64,000 bases of DNA from Octopus sinensis (Eukaryota). The position numbers were made by a program, and so were the translations under genes. Under the pieces are notes generated by a model that saw nothing but the letters and a program-made list of their open reading frames with translations, had not been told where the DNA came from and ran no database searches. Each line of letters begins with the position of its first letter. Positions within the stretch are counted from its first letter, which is position 1. The stretch lies in NCBI RefSeq assembly GCF_006345805.1, contig NC_042998.1, positions 130,324,001 through 130,388,000 of the forward strand. Direction: 5' to 3'. This document shows, piece by piece, positions 54,501 through 64,000 of the stretch.

Positions 54501-57419
54501 CAAAACAATGTTGGAAGGTATTTTATTGTTGTTGCTATTCTGACTGCGTCAGATATCGTTCATGTTTCGTTTTCTTGACTCTATAACTGGTAAATGTTCA
54601 AAAGATCCCATAAGTATTGCATTCTTTAATGAATTACACACACCACTGTTACATTCCTCTTTTCATAAGCTCTAGGCACCTATTTTATTTCCAAGTCTGA
54701 CCAAACTTATTTACTGCTATTATGTTGCTATTTATTCGTACGTCTTTTACATCTAGATTTATATCATCCAACATTTTTATGATTTCTAAATGACTTAATA
54801 TAACATATAACTTTGTAATCGATAAAACATATCTAAAAGTCTCGTTTGACCTCGATTGAATTCAATGACATTTCCAGGAATATTCACCGTAATTCCCTCC
54901 ACGAAATCTATAATCAACAAAGCACGGAAGAAGAGTTTAGGAACTTTGCTCATGAAGCTGATTGCTTTCTTTCCATTATATAATCAGCTTTCTCTCCATC
55001 ATGTGTTATCACCCCAGCTTTTTTGATTTGGGGAGAACTGCCGCAAAGATTAACGCACGCATTACTCCTGGGTGGTCGGCTATTTCGTAGATAATATTGA
55101 GAAATCTTGTTATTTTCTCATTTGCAAAGACTTCTCGTACTATTATCACCAATGTAAGAATGCTCACCAATAAAAAAAATTCGACTATTGTTTGAAGGGT
55201 GGTGGTGTAATTTGCATTAATAAGGAGAAGAAAGGAACTCTTATTCCCCATAGATCGTCATTATCAGCATGGCATAAATTGAATATTACGCCCTTTATTA
55301 AGATTGTTATTGAAAATGCTTAAAGATCTTTCATCGCAGCGTCCTGGAACCTTTATGTTTCTTTTATGCAGCTCTTTGTTTTTCTAAAACCCTCACACCT
55401 TCACTACACAAACGTTCCCTCGTGGCTTTTTACAACTCAACAAAAATATCTTCTACCATTCTTTCAAAAATGATATCATATGCCAGTGCCATAATATATT
55501 TCTAAACTTGTAAACAATTTACCGATTGAAAACCAATGGTGTGGATATAACTTGAACATATGATTTTTAATCCAAATAACATTCATATCTATGTGTCCCC
55601 CATCTTTCAATGCTACGTAAGCTGTAGCCTCCCTAATGTACAAACTTTTCTCCTACTCTCGGAATCGAGACTAACCCATCAACCGTCTCTTGCATGTTGT
55701 ATCAAAGTTTTCTAGTATAATATCCATCTCAATTCATTGGTTGTAGCTAAGCAGCTGACTTTTGGAGGATTTATTTCACTCCCTTATTATCTGAAATGTT
55801 ATCTGCATTGCTTAAAATAATATGCTGTGTGACACTATGATTCTCGACGGCAGGAGGTAGTATAGTTTGTAAATGAACCATCGAAAGGCTAGTAAGCATC
55901 CAACCATTTTATGAACCCCAAATTACAAGTTAATTAAAATTAGCGAAACCTGTAAGATCATTAGATTTTCGACGTAATACATGTAGTAGGGTCATTACTT
56001 TTGAATTACTTTAGTATTTCTTCTCTAAAGACCATATTTGGAAATTTGAATCCTGTTTGTGTTTAATCTTTATTTTGCATGAACTTCCGGAAAAATTCGT
56101 TCTTCAGTATTGTACACTAGTTCTGGTGTATAACCTTCTTTGGACAATAATGCTCCTCGGTTTCTCAGGTTAAATAGTAACAGCCTCCGTGTAAACACTA
56201 GCAGTTTCACTGATCAGATCAATGTTGTACAAAATAAAGTTCCTCTTAAAAGTTTCAGATCAGCATTTATTCTACATAAATTCATACTTACCTCTTTCTG
56301 CAAATCTTTATTCAATCATTTAGCTTACGCTTCAACAGTTGTGTTCATTTCGCTGAAAATAGGCTGATTGCGGATGCTTGCTGTTACAGTATCCCTTCAG
56401 TATTAAAAAAGTACAATATCAACTTATTAGGGATCTCAGAGTGAGTGAGGGAAATATTTTGTATACAATTCAAAACGAAAGCATGGGAAGGGCTGATTGG
56501 AGATTTGTTGTACTTCTAGGTAAATATCACATCTTACTTATTTCGAGCAATTTTAAAATCAGCAAGCTGACAGAAGGAATTCTGGAAAGGGATCCTTGAG
56601 TAAGTAGCGGGTCAACTGAAGCCATGTGACCGAAATTGTGTTGTGGGAATGAGGTAGGAGGACTCCAGTGAAGTCATGCTGATTTCACTTGGTAATTACA
56701 TTAAAAGTACATCTGACTGGGGAACCCATTAACTTCCATACCCAGTGATTAAGCAATCTTTTACCGTGATTTGCCTCTCATAGATAAGAGACAATTTTCC
56801 GTTAATGAATAAAAAAAACGCCAATAATTTCTATTTCGTTTATGTCATATATTAAATATTATATATGTTTCATTAGATCTAATTTTATGATTAATATCTT
56901 TACCAATCACTATTTTCTTTTACTTTTTATACTTTGGCACTGATATCATTTCTCGATGGTACAGGTATATGCACAGATATTTTGCATGAGAGTGTTCGAT
57001 ATATGTGAGTGTAGTATTAATTGTGTAGAACATGCGGACACCAAGAATCATAACCACCAATACAGTTTTCATCATCATTACACTTTTCCTAAAATTAATA
57101 TAGTTCCTCATATTACCCTCTCTTTTGCTAGTTGCCAATCTCCAAACACATATAACCCTCTATAATTATAGAGGGTTATATGTGTTTGTCTATATCAATC
57201 TATGTGATAGGTGTAGAATGCTTATGAGTAAAGAAGGGTGGAAATTAGCTGTTTAGTCTGGCGAAAGTAGGTGAGACAGGAAAACTGTGGAAACAGGCCA
57301 GACTCGAGAAGAAAGGTTTGTTAGTCCTATAAGATGAAGTATAAAATGTGCGCTGTAATTTTCAAAAAAAAAATATCAAACAAGTTGAATGAAGAAATGG
57401 GAGTAAAGGGATTAGAGAG

Positions 57420-58920
57420 CAGGTCTATAAGAACCCTCATGAAATTACTAGGTTCTGTTTGCAGAGCCTAAGAGTGGCAGGCTAAAATATACAAAAGATG
57501 AATTGGATGGACTTATACAAGAGACTCACTCTGACCGAAAGAACGATTAACTATTCACTCATGGGTGGCTTGAATGCCAAGCGAAGACAGGAATAACATT
57601 TCAGTTTGATTTCAGCAATGAAGAAGCAGAAAATTTCGTGAAGTAGGCAAGGCCAAAGAGTACACCAGAAAGTGATGGTGTACGTATAAACTACAACTAT
57701 TGTACTCAAATACATTATGGGCTTTATCTACTACTTAAAATACAGTACAATATCCACACCAATAGCTGACTGGAAAAGGTGAAGTTGTCCCTTTCGTACG
57801 TAGACAGGGGTGTCACCGGGGACAAGTGCTAGAAACACCTTAGCCTTCCCTCCCAGGGATACGATGAAGTCCTCGGCAGCATAACGAGGAATAACCGACA
57901 AGGCGGTGTCCTAGAGCAACAGTTATTGCAGTCATACGGAAGATCTGTATCACCAGACAGCGGTTGGGCACCAGCGAACTGATACTGCAGAGAAGTCTCA
58001 TCATCGACCGTTCTCGTTGCACACTTGTATACCCCTTGGCACCATGCGCAGAGGCTCAGAGAATCACTGGTGGCTGTAAGGGAGGTAACGCAACTTGCGT
58101 TACCGTCTAAGGCGTTTTGTTCTGGACAGAACCGTTAACGTCGACCTACTGTAGAGAGCTGATCACGACGACTAAGTAGAGAGTTGTAACATAACTGGTA
58201 AATTGTTGCTGACTGGTGTACTAAAGAAGGAATTTACTTACCAACGGAAGCTGAAGCGAAAATGATTGACCTCTTTAAAGAAATTTCCATACCGAATACA
58301 GATGGCAAGATTTACACAGATGTAGTTGCTAAGAAAATAGTTACGTATCTACAAAATAAAAGTAATAGCTATATAGCGGAAAATGTGCATAAGGCTGGCA
58401 TCTCCAGAATTCCTGGGTGTGTGGAACATGCATTTTCAGTCCCTGATGCGATACAAGACGCGAAGAAGAATAAAATCGAACTGAATGTTGTTTGGCTTGA
58501 CTAAATCTGGCCAATGTGTGTCGTTTTGTACAGCACAAATAGACTTCCTTTATACCTCGAAGAAGGTTGAGAATCTGATGAAGAGACTTCAAATTGGAAT
58601 TCCTGCAGGTTACGCTCTATCGGTAATTTGGTTTGTACTCGTTATGGAGATGCTACTTAGATTAGCTCAAAATAAACTCTTATAATGAAAACATCTAAGT
58701 CATTTACGGATGACATAGCTATACAAACAAAAGTCCAAAATAATATGCAAATAGTACTGATTAGACTAGATGAACTAAATACTTGGTCGAGAGTGCCGAA
58801 GTCTGGCATTTGTCAAAAGTCAGGAGAAACAAGTGAAGTCCTAAATAGCGGGAGAAACCATGCGAACAGTTAAGACGAACATGTAAAATGTTTAGGGCGA
58901 CGGCACGCTAAGAACGGTAA
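57420..58920 (+). mobile_element. HERO-like non-LTR retrotransposon RT relic, interrupted by an insertion at about 57752-58190
   Basis: YKNP...PKSGRL...EL; AR.KS.P..DGV; EGIYLP; ISIPNTDGKIY...HKAGISRIPGCVEH...VVWLD; GIPAGYALSVIWFVLVME; FTDDI. Confidence 0.8.
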
Positions 58921-59282
58921 ATACACACTATGACTTGAGATCGAATACTCGTCAGCCGAACCAATTAGTAGGGTTCTCAAATCAGTGAGAAGGGCCTTTG
59001 CGTTGTAAAGCCGTCGAAACGACAGCCTTGAAACAGTTCGGATTGTCTTCTGATGTTCGCTGGAATCTAATGGCGTACTTTATGGGGAGTGTTTTTGACT
59101 GTCTGCACTTGCGCAAAGTCTGATCTTGACCTTCTAGTCTCTCTCTCTCTCTCCCTGTCTCCCCTCCCTTTCTCTGTATATATAACGGGAAGCTTTATGA
59201 AAATAAACAAAAGACGAAGGCAGGTGGAAAACAAACGAACAATTGTATTAGTATGGCGCTCAGGAAATATAAATAAAACAAG

Positions 59283-59320
59283 TCTTTAACGTTTCGAGCC
59301 TACGCTCTTCAACAGAAAGA
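59283..59320 (-). ncRNA. Minimal hammerhead-like motif with variant core CUGUUGA
   Basis: Reverse complement TCTTT-CTGTTGA-A-GAGC-gtag-GCTC-GAAA-CG-TT-AAAGA; stems I and II perfect. Confidence 0.6.
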
Positions 59321-59503
59321 TACACAGAGAGAGAAAAACACAGAAAGAAGGAGAGAAAAAAAATGCGTGCAGTAGCTAACGAATCAACATGGCGATCTGA
59401 TTTCGGCCAGAGGTCAAAGATCAAACATGAGACGCGAGAGCGAAATAAGGGGATAATAGGGTTGATAAAGGGGTTGAGGGACCAGCTAAAAGTGCGTGGG
59501 AGG

Positions 59504-59820
59504 GGTCTGGATGTGTGTATGTATAGGGTTGGTGTATGTATTAGTATGTATAAGGGTGTGTGTGTGTGTGTGTGTGTATGAGAGAGTATTAGTGCGTAGG
59601 ATTGGTCTGGACGTGCGTATGTATGGGGTTGGTGTATGTATTAGTATGTATTAGTATGTATTAGTACGTATTGGTATGTATAGGTGTGTGTGTGTGTGAG
59701 AGAGTATAAGTGCGTATGCGGGGTCTGGACGTGTGTATGTATAGGGTTGGTGTAAGTATTAGTATGTACTAGTATGTATTAGTACGTATTAGTATGTATT
59801 AGTTTGGGTGTGTATTAGTA
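59504..59820. repeat. Three-unit minisatellite (about 100-120 bp) with nested 10-mer TAGTATGTAT repeats, in the PLE 3' region
   Basis: ggtctgga.gtg.gtatgtat.gggttggtgta recurs at about 59504, 59604 and 59722. Confidence 0.85.
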
Positions 59821-59864
59821 TAGCACATCATATGTGATGTGATGTGTAAAGTCATGTGGTGTAG

Positions 59865-60120
59865 TGAGGAGAAGAGGGGAGGGGGAGAAGAGGGGGGAGA
59901 GAAGGGGAGGGGAAGAAGAGGGGGAGGAGAAGGGGAAGAGGAGAGGATGGGGGAAGGAAGGGGAGAGAGGGAGCAGAGGGAAGGGGAAGAGGGAGGGAGA
60001 AAGAGGGAAGAAGGGAAGGGGTAGGGGTGAAAGGATGAAGGACTGAAGAAGTAGGGGTCGGGGGGAGAAAGGATAGGTGAGGAGGGGGGAGGGGGTTAGA
60101 TGAGGAGAGGGGGAGAGTTG
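59865..60120 (+). repeat. Polypurine G-rich low-complexity tract
   Basis: Almost purely A/G with many G3-G7 runs. Confidence 0.85.
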
Positions 60121-61852
60121 AGACTAAATGGCGTATAAGAGCGAAGAGAGAAGATTAATTCCTGTTCACGGCGCAAACGGGAATCCGGATGGCCTCTGTG
60201 TAAGGACAAACCGAACACAGATAGGTGTTGCAAGGAGTGACCGGTGGAGCGGAAATGGCGTGAGACCGGTGTGTCGTTCGCAAGGTGGATGTCACGAAGG
60301 TGTTCCGCGAACCGTCAGCCAGCGGCGTCCCGTTTGTCCGATGTACAAGGAATTGCAGAGAGAGCAAGAGATGCAATAGATAATATTGCTGGAGGTGCAG
60401 GTGAAGGAGTGGATGATGGGATAGGGTCGATGGTGGGTGCTAGTGAGGCGGGTGGTGTTGGAGAGGTAAGGGCAAGTGCGGCAACGTGGGCGGGAGCAGG
60501 GGAACGAGCCGGGTTGGGAGGTAGGGTCAGGGAAGGAGCTATGGACCAAAAGGGCTCGAAGGTTGTGGGCTCGTTTGAAGAGGGGAGGTCGGTTAGGGAA
60601 GAGGTGTGAAGTGGACGGGTCGGACTGGAGATGACGGAAAGCTCGAAGAATGGTGCGTTGGAGACGTAGGGTCGTGGGGTGTAAGTGAGGGGAAAAGGGA
60701 GGCGGGAGACTACAGGGCGGGTTCGGGGAGAGAGAGCAGATACACGGTCCACGGACCGTGCTCTGGCAAGGGCGGTGTGGATAGTGGTGAGGGGGTATCC
60801 ACGTAGGGTGAAGTGGTGAGCATACGTTGAGACTGAGTCTCAAGTCATGGTCGTCACTACAGAGCCTACGTAGACGGAGGAATTGGGAATAGGGGATGGA
60901 AAGCTTGGTGTGTTCTGGGTGGGAGGAAGAGAAGTTGAGGTATGTGTGTGAGTCTGTGTGTTTGTAGTGAATGGAGGTGGTAAGAGTGGAGTGAAGAATG
61001 CTAACCGAAATGTCGAGGAAGGAGACAGAGGTGTTGGAGATAGTGGAAGTGAAGTGGAGGGCTGGATGGAAAGATTGGACGAAAGAGAGGAAGGAATCTA
61101 GATGTTCGCGGGAGAGTGAGGTGCACCGATAATGTCGTCAATATAACGACCATATAGTTCAGGAGTGGGACCAGTGAAATTAGAGAATATTTGGCCTCAA
61201 CATAGCCAACGAACAGGTTCGCATAGTTGGGGCCCATTCGCGTTCCCATGGCCACTCCCGAGACCTGATGGTATAACTCGCCCGCGAACGAGAAGCAGTT
61301 CAGAGTAAGGACAAGTTCGGCCAGACGAATGAGTGTGGAGGTGTCAGGTACAGGGTTAGAGCGGAGGTCAAGAAAGTGTCGAAGGGCCTGCAGTCCTTCG
61401 TGGTGAGGGATAACAGTATAGAGGCTTTGGATGTCCATAGTAAAAAGGATTTTGGAGGAGCCGGGAGGAAAGGAGAAAGAGTTGAAAAGCCGGAGAGCAT
61501 GGTTGGTATCGTGGATGTGGGAGGAAGAGATGCCACTGGGGGCAAGGACACGGTCGAGGTATTTAGAGATGAGCTCCGTGGGGCAGTTACAGGCGGAGAC
61601 GATGGGGCGGCCAGGGTTGTTGGGTTTGTGGATTTTGGGAGGAAGTAAATGTGGGGGTACGTGGGGTTCGCACAATTAGGTTGGATGCGGTGCGGGGGAG
61701 ACGGAGGACGAGATGAGGTCTTGGACAGTAGAGGATACCGTCTGTTGGTAGCTACGTGTGGGGTTAGAGGGCAGAGGGGAATAGAAGGAGGTGTCATTGA
61801 GTTGGCGGAAAGCCTCGGCCCTATAGAGGTCCGCGCGCCACACCACTACAGC

Positions 61853-61889
<37 letters not shown>

Positions 61890-61920
61890 CATATATAGTA
61901 GAATAATAAAGACAAAGTTC

Positions 61921-62097
61921 TTGGGGGGATAATTTTTATTTTAATCTTCATAATAGTTTTTACAATGACTTACTCTGATATGAGTTTCAACCTTTCAAGT
62001 AGCCGTTTTCAAACTGAAGGCTAATTGAAAGCTTGAAACTCATGTCAGAGTAGCTCACTAACACTATTATGAAAATTAAAGTTAAATTATTCCTCAA
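61921..62097. mobile_element. Short fold-back of two hammerhead 3' halves (PLE pLTR-type)
   Basis: Arms 61921-62004 / 62019-62097; plus arm AGGCT-aattgaa-AGCTT-GAAA-CTCATG-TC-AGAGTA; TA repeats nearby on both sides. Confidence 0.6.
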
Positions 62098-62232
62098 AAA
62101 GCCATCTCTAATCTTTTTTTAATATATATATATAGGTAAAGCTTCACTGGATGTATAGAGGCAAATATATGTGCATGCGCCGAACATAAAATAAATTTCG
62201 TTTCACATCTAGGAGGAATGCCAGAGTGGACA

Positions 62233-62302
62233 ACCTAGTGCTTGAGTTTCGGACTTTTCAGAATACGTTTGTCATCGCAAAACTGGTCTTCGTCAGCTAG
62301 GT
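62233..62302 (-). ncRNA. Type I hammerhead motif with U16.1 changed to C
   Basis: Reverse complement ACCTAG-CTGACGA-AGAC...GTCC-GAAA-CTCAAG-CA-CTAGGT; perfect 6-bp stem I. Confidence 0.6.
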
Positions 62303-63164
62303 CTATCAAAAAGACTGAATTCAAAATAACCGCTACATCAATGCTTGTATACTCGGCCAAATAGCCCCAGCCATAAACAGGACCTATTTATAATTCTACC
62401 TTTACGGTGCTTTATTACGTTGGAAAATAATACTATTGTATTTTAATATTTAGATGTATCTATAAATCTCATCTATGCTTTATATATGCTTTGATACATG
62501 CAGGCTTATATGCATACACGTATGTGTTTGTGTAATAAGTATCTAAACAGAGTGGTAATGCATATATATCTGTATATGAAGTGTAATAAACATATATCCA
62601 GTCTCACTGCAATGTGAGACTGGAAAGTTCTCAACAGCTAACAGAGACAATCAATTGGAATAGTTTTGTCTTTCTAAAAGACAGAGGAGGAATTGGTTTG
62701 CTTGCCTATCAACTACCGGAATTTAGAAATCTATATCTTCTCTTGAATAATGCTAATAATAGGTCTCTTCAGATGATTCATAAGAAGATACATCTTTCTT
62801 AGTTTATTCAATTGTAAATCAAGGTCAACGATTCCTGATATGAATTTAAAAAAGTAGAAAATAGATGTACTGATTCCCAGGATTAACTACGGAAGCGCCT
62901 GTCGTTACTTTACATGTTGCACTCGAGTCTATATGCTATAAAATTTTCAAAATCCACTGCATTCGCGCGGTTTTCTCAGCAGTAAATATAAACTGCCGAT
63001 TTAATTTCAAAATTTCTAGTCAGTCGGATGCCCTATTATAGCCATCCCTTATATGTTTAAATATATATATATTACACACATTAATATATATATATATATA
63101 TATACATATATGTATATATTTACCCACAGACACACACATATATAGATTTATAGATATATATATA

Positions 63165-63231
<67 letters not shown>

Positions 63232-63235
<4 letters not shown>

Positions 63236-63760
63236 GGAAGTTTACATATAATATTCACATGGGGAAGTTTACATATAATATTCCGAAAAATCTTTTCTTA
63301 CCCGAAATGCAATTCGAAGAAGCCTGCCATATACCGGATGTATTATATGTAAACTTCCACATGTGCTTTGTTGGAGTAGAACAGATATCTGTTTCGGCTT
63401 TGACGGTGCGAGTCGTTTATTTATGATATGTTTCAGAATCAGTCTTGCTGATGAGTACGTCGCAACTGCGGTAAGTACGAAATCACAGGTGATACAAGAC
63501 TAAATTCATTTTTTAAATGTCTTGCTTTGAAAAATTGCATTGGGTATGATTAGTAAAATTTTTTTGGTAGAAATGACTAATGTCCCCTCTTAGCGTGTGG
63601 CATGTAGTGTAATAATCCCCTCTATATATAATTAATATGTTCAATAAGAAGAATTATTTTCGAAATTTTTCTCTTATGAGTTTTTCATCGCGCTATCTAC
63701 CTGATAATTTCCTGTTAAGATCCTTATTAAGAAGTTATCCTTATTGTTAAAAATTTTATA
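63232..63760 (+). mobile_element. Non-coding hammerhead-bearing unit between (TA)n tracts (family C)
   Basis: 27-bp tandem duplication at 63232-63283, inverted against 63337-63365; central intact hammerhead; no credible ORF. Confidence 0.6.
63441..63501 (+). ncRNA. Apparently intact type I hammerhead ribozyme
   Basis: AGTCTTG-CTGATGA-GTAC-gt-CGCA-ac-TGCG-gtaa-GTAC-GAAA-TCAC-ag-GTGA-TA-CAAGACT: all core nucleotides present, 7-bp stem I, predicted cleavage after A63494 (AUA). Confidence 0.88.
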
Positions 63761-63819
63761 TATACATATATATATTAATATATATTATACATATATACAT
63801 ATATATACATATATACAAA

Positions 63820-64000
63820 TATATATATTAAATTATAATTTAAGGTATCTAATAGATACCACCACGCTGGAAATAGCATCAAATCTTGACTCTAAAACCA
63901 CATTAAATGTGTCATAGAGTACCAGGAGAGAAGACAAAGAGAGAAAATAAACTAGATAAAAAATTACTGGATAATTCCAGATCACGGATTTCTGTCTCTG
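63820..64000 (-). mobile_element. Family A element, third copy, cut by the window end
   Basis: Reverse complement of 27435-27603, including GAAA-TCCGTGA-TC-TGGAAT. Confidence 0.8.

Larger units (their letters stand above)
59180..61852 (-). mobile_element. Penelope-like element, Neptune type, 5'-truncated and frameshifted
   Basis: RT: PKIHKPNNPGRPIVS, TMDIQSLYT, GVAMGTRMGPNYANLF; Cys linker CSRPRCRTC; GIY-YIG: NIIYCISC..C..LYIGQTGRR; pLTR with minimal hammerhead; TA repeats at both ends. Confidence 0.93.

Noticed and set aside
54000-56900. T-rich strand-biased region suggesting an old antisense LINE
   Set aside because: No motif series could be read with confidence
60128-61906. Plus-strand ORFs overlapping the PLE
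   Set aside because: Antisense shadows of the GC-rich minus-strand PLE ORF
62597-62624. 11-bp hairpin tccagtctcac/gtgagactgga
   Set aside because: Isolated, with no Helitron CTAG end or other supporting context

Overview
Very AT-rich, microsatellite-saturated animal DNA with no supportable host protein-coding exon; nearly all ORFs in the track are microsatellite artefacts. The SINE and LINE repertoire looks like an octopus/cephalopod genome (inference from remembered octopus SINE families). Content: about 11 tRNA-derived SINE copies, decayed LINEs (RTE, Dong/R4, HERO-like, CR1-like), a 5'-truncated Neptune-type Penelope-like element (PLE; RT + GIY-YIG), older PLE relics, a non-autonomous Helitron, a mariner end and a long-TIR MITE with an 8-bp TSD. 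The most striking signal is a high density of type I hammerhead-ribozyme motifs: roughly 15-18 whole, partial or decayed copies counted by eye, from several unrelated sequence families. Most lie in short non-coding, (TA)n-embedded units that are often fold-back or partial-tandem. One is an apparently intact hammerhead at 63441-63501. These look like non-autonomous PLE-derived, retrozyme-like elements. All calls were made by eye; boundaries of decayed elements are approximate.
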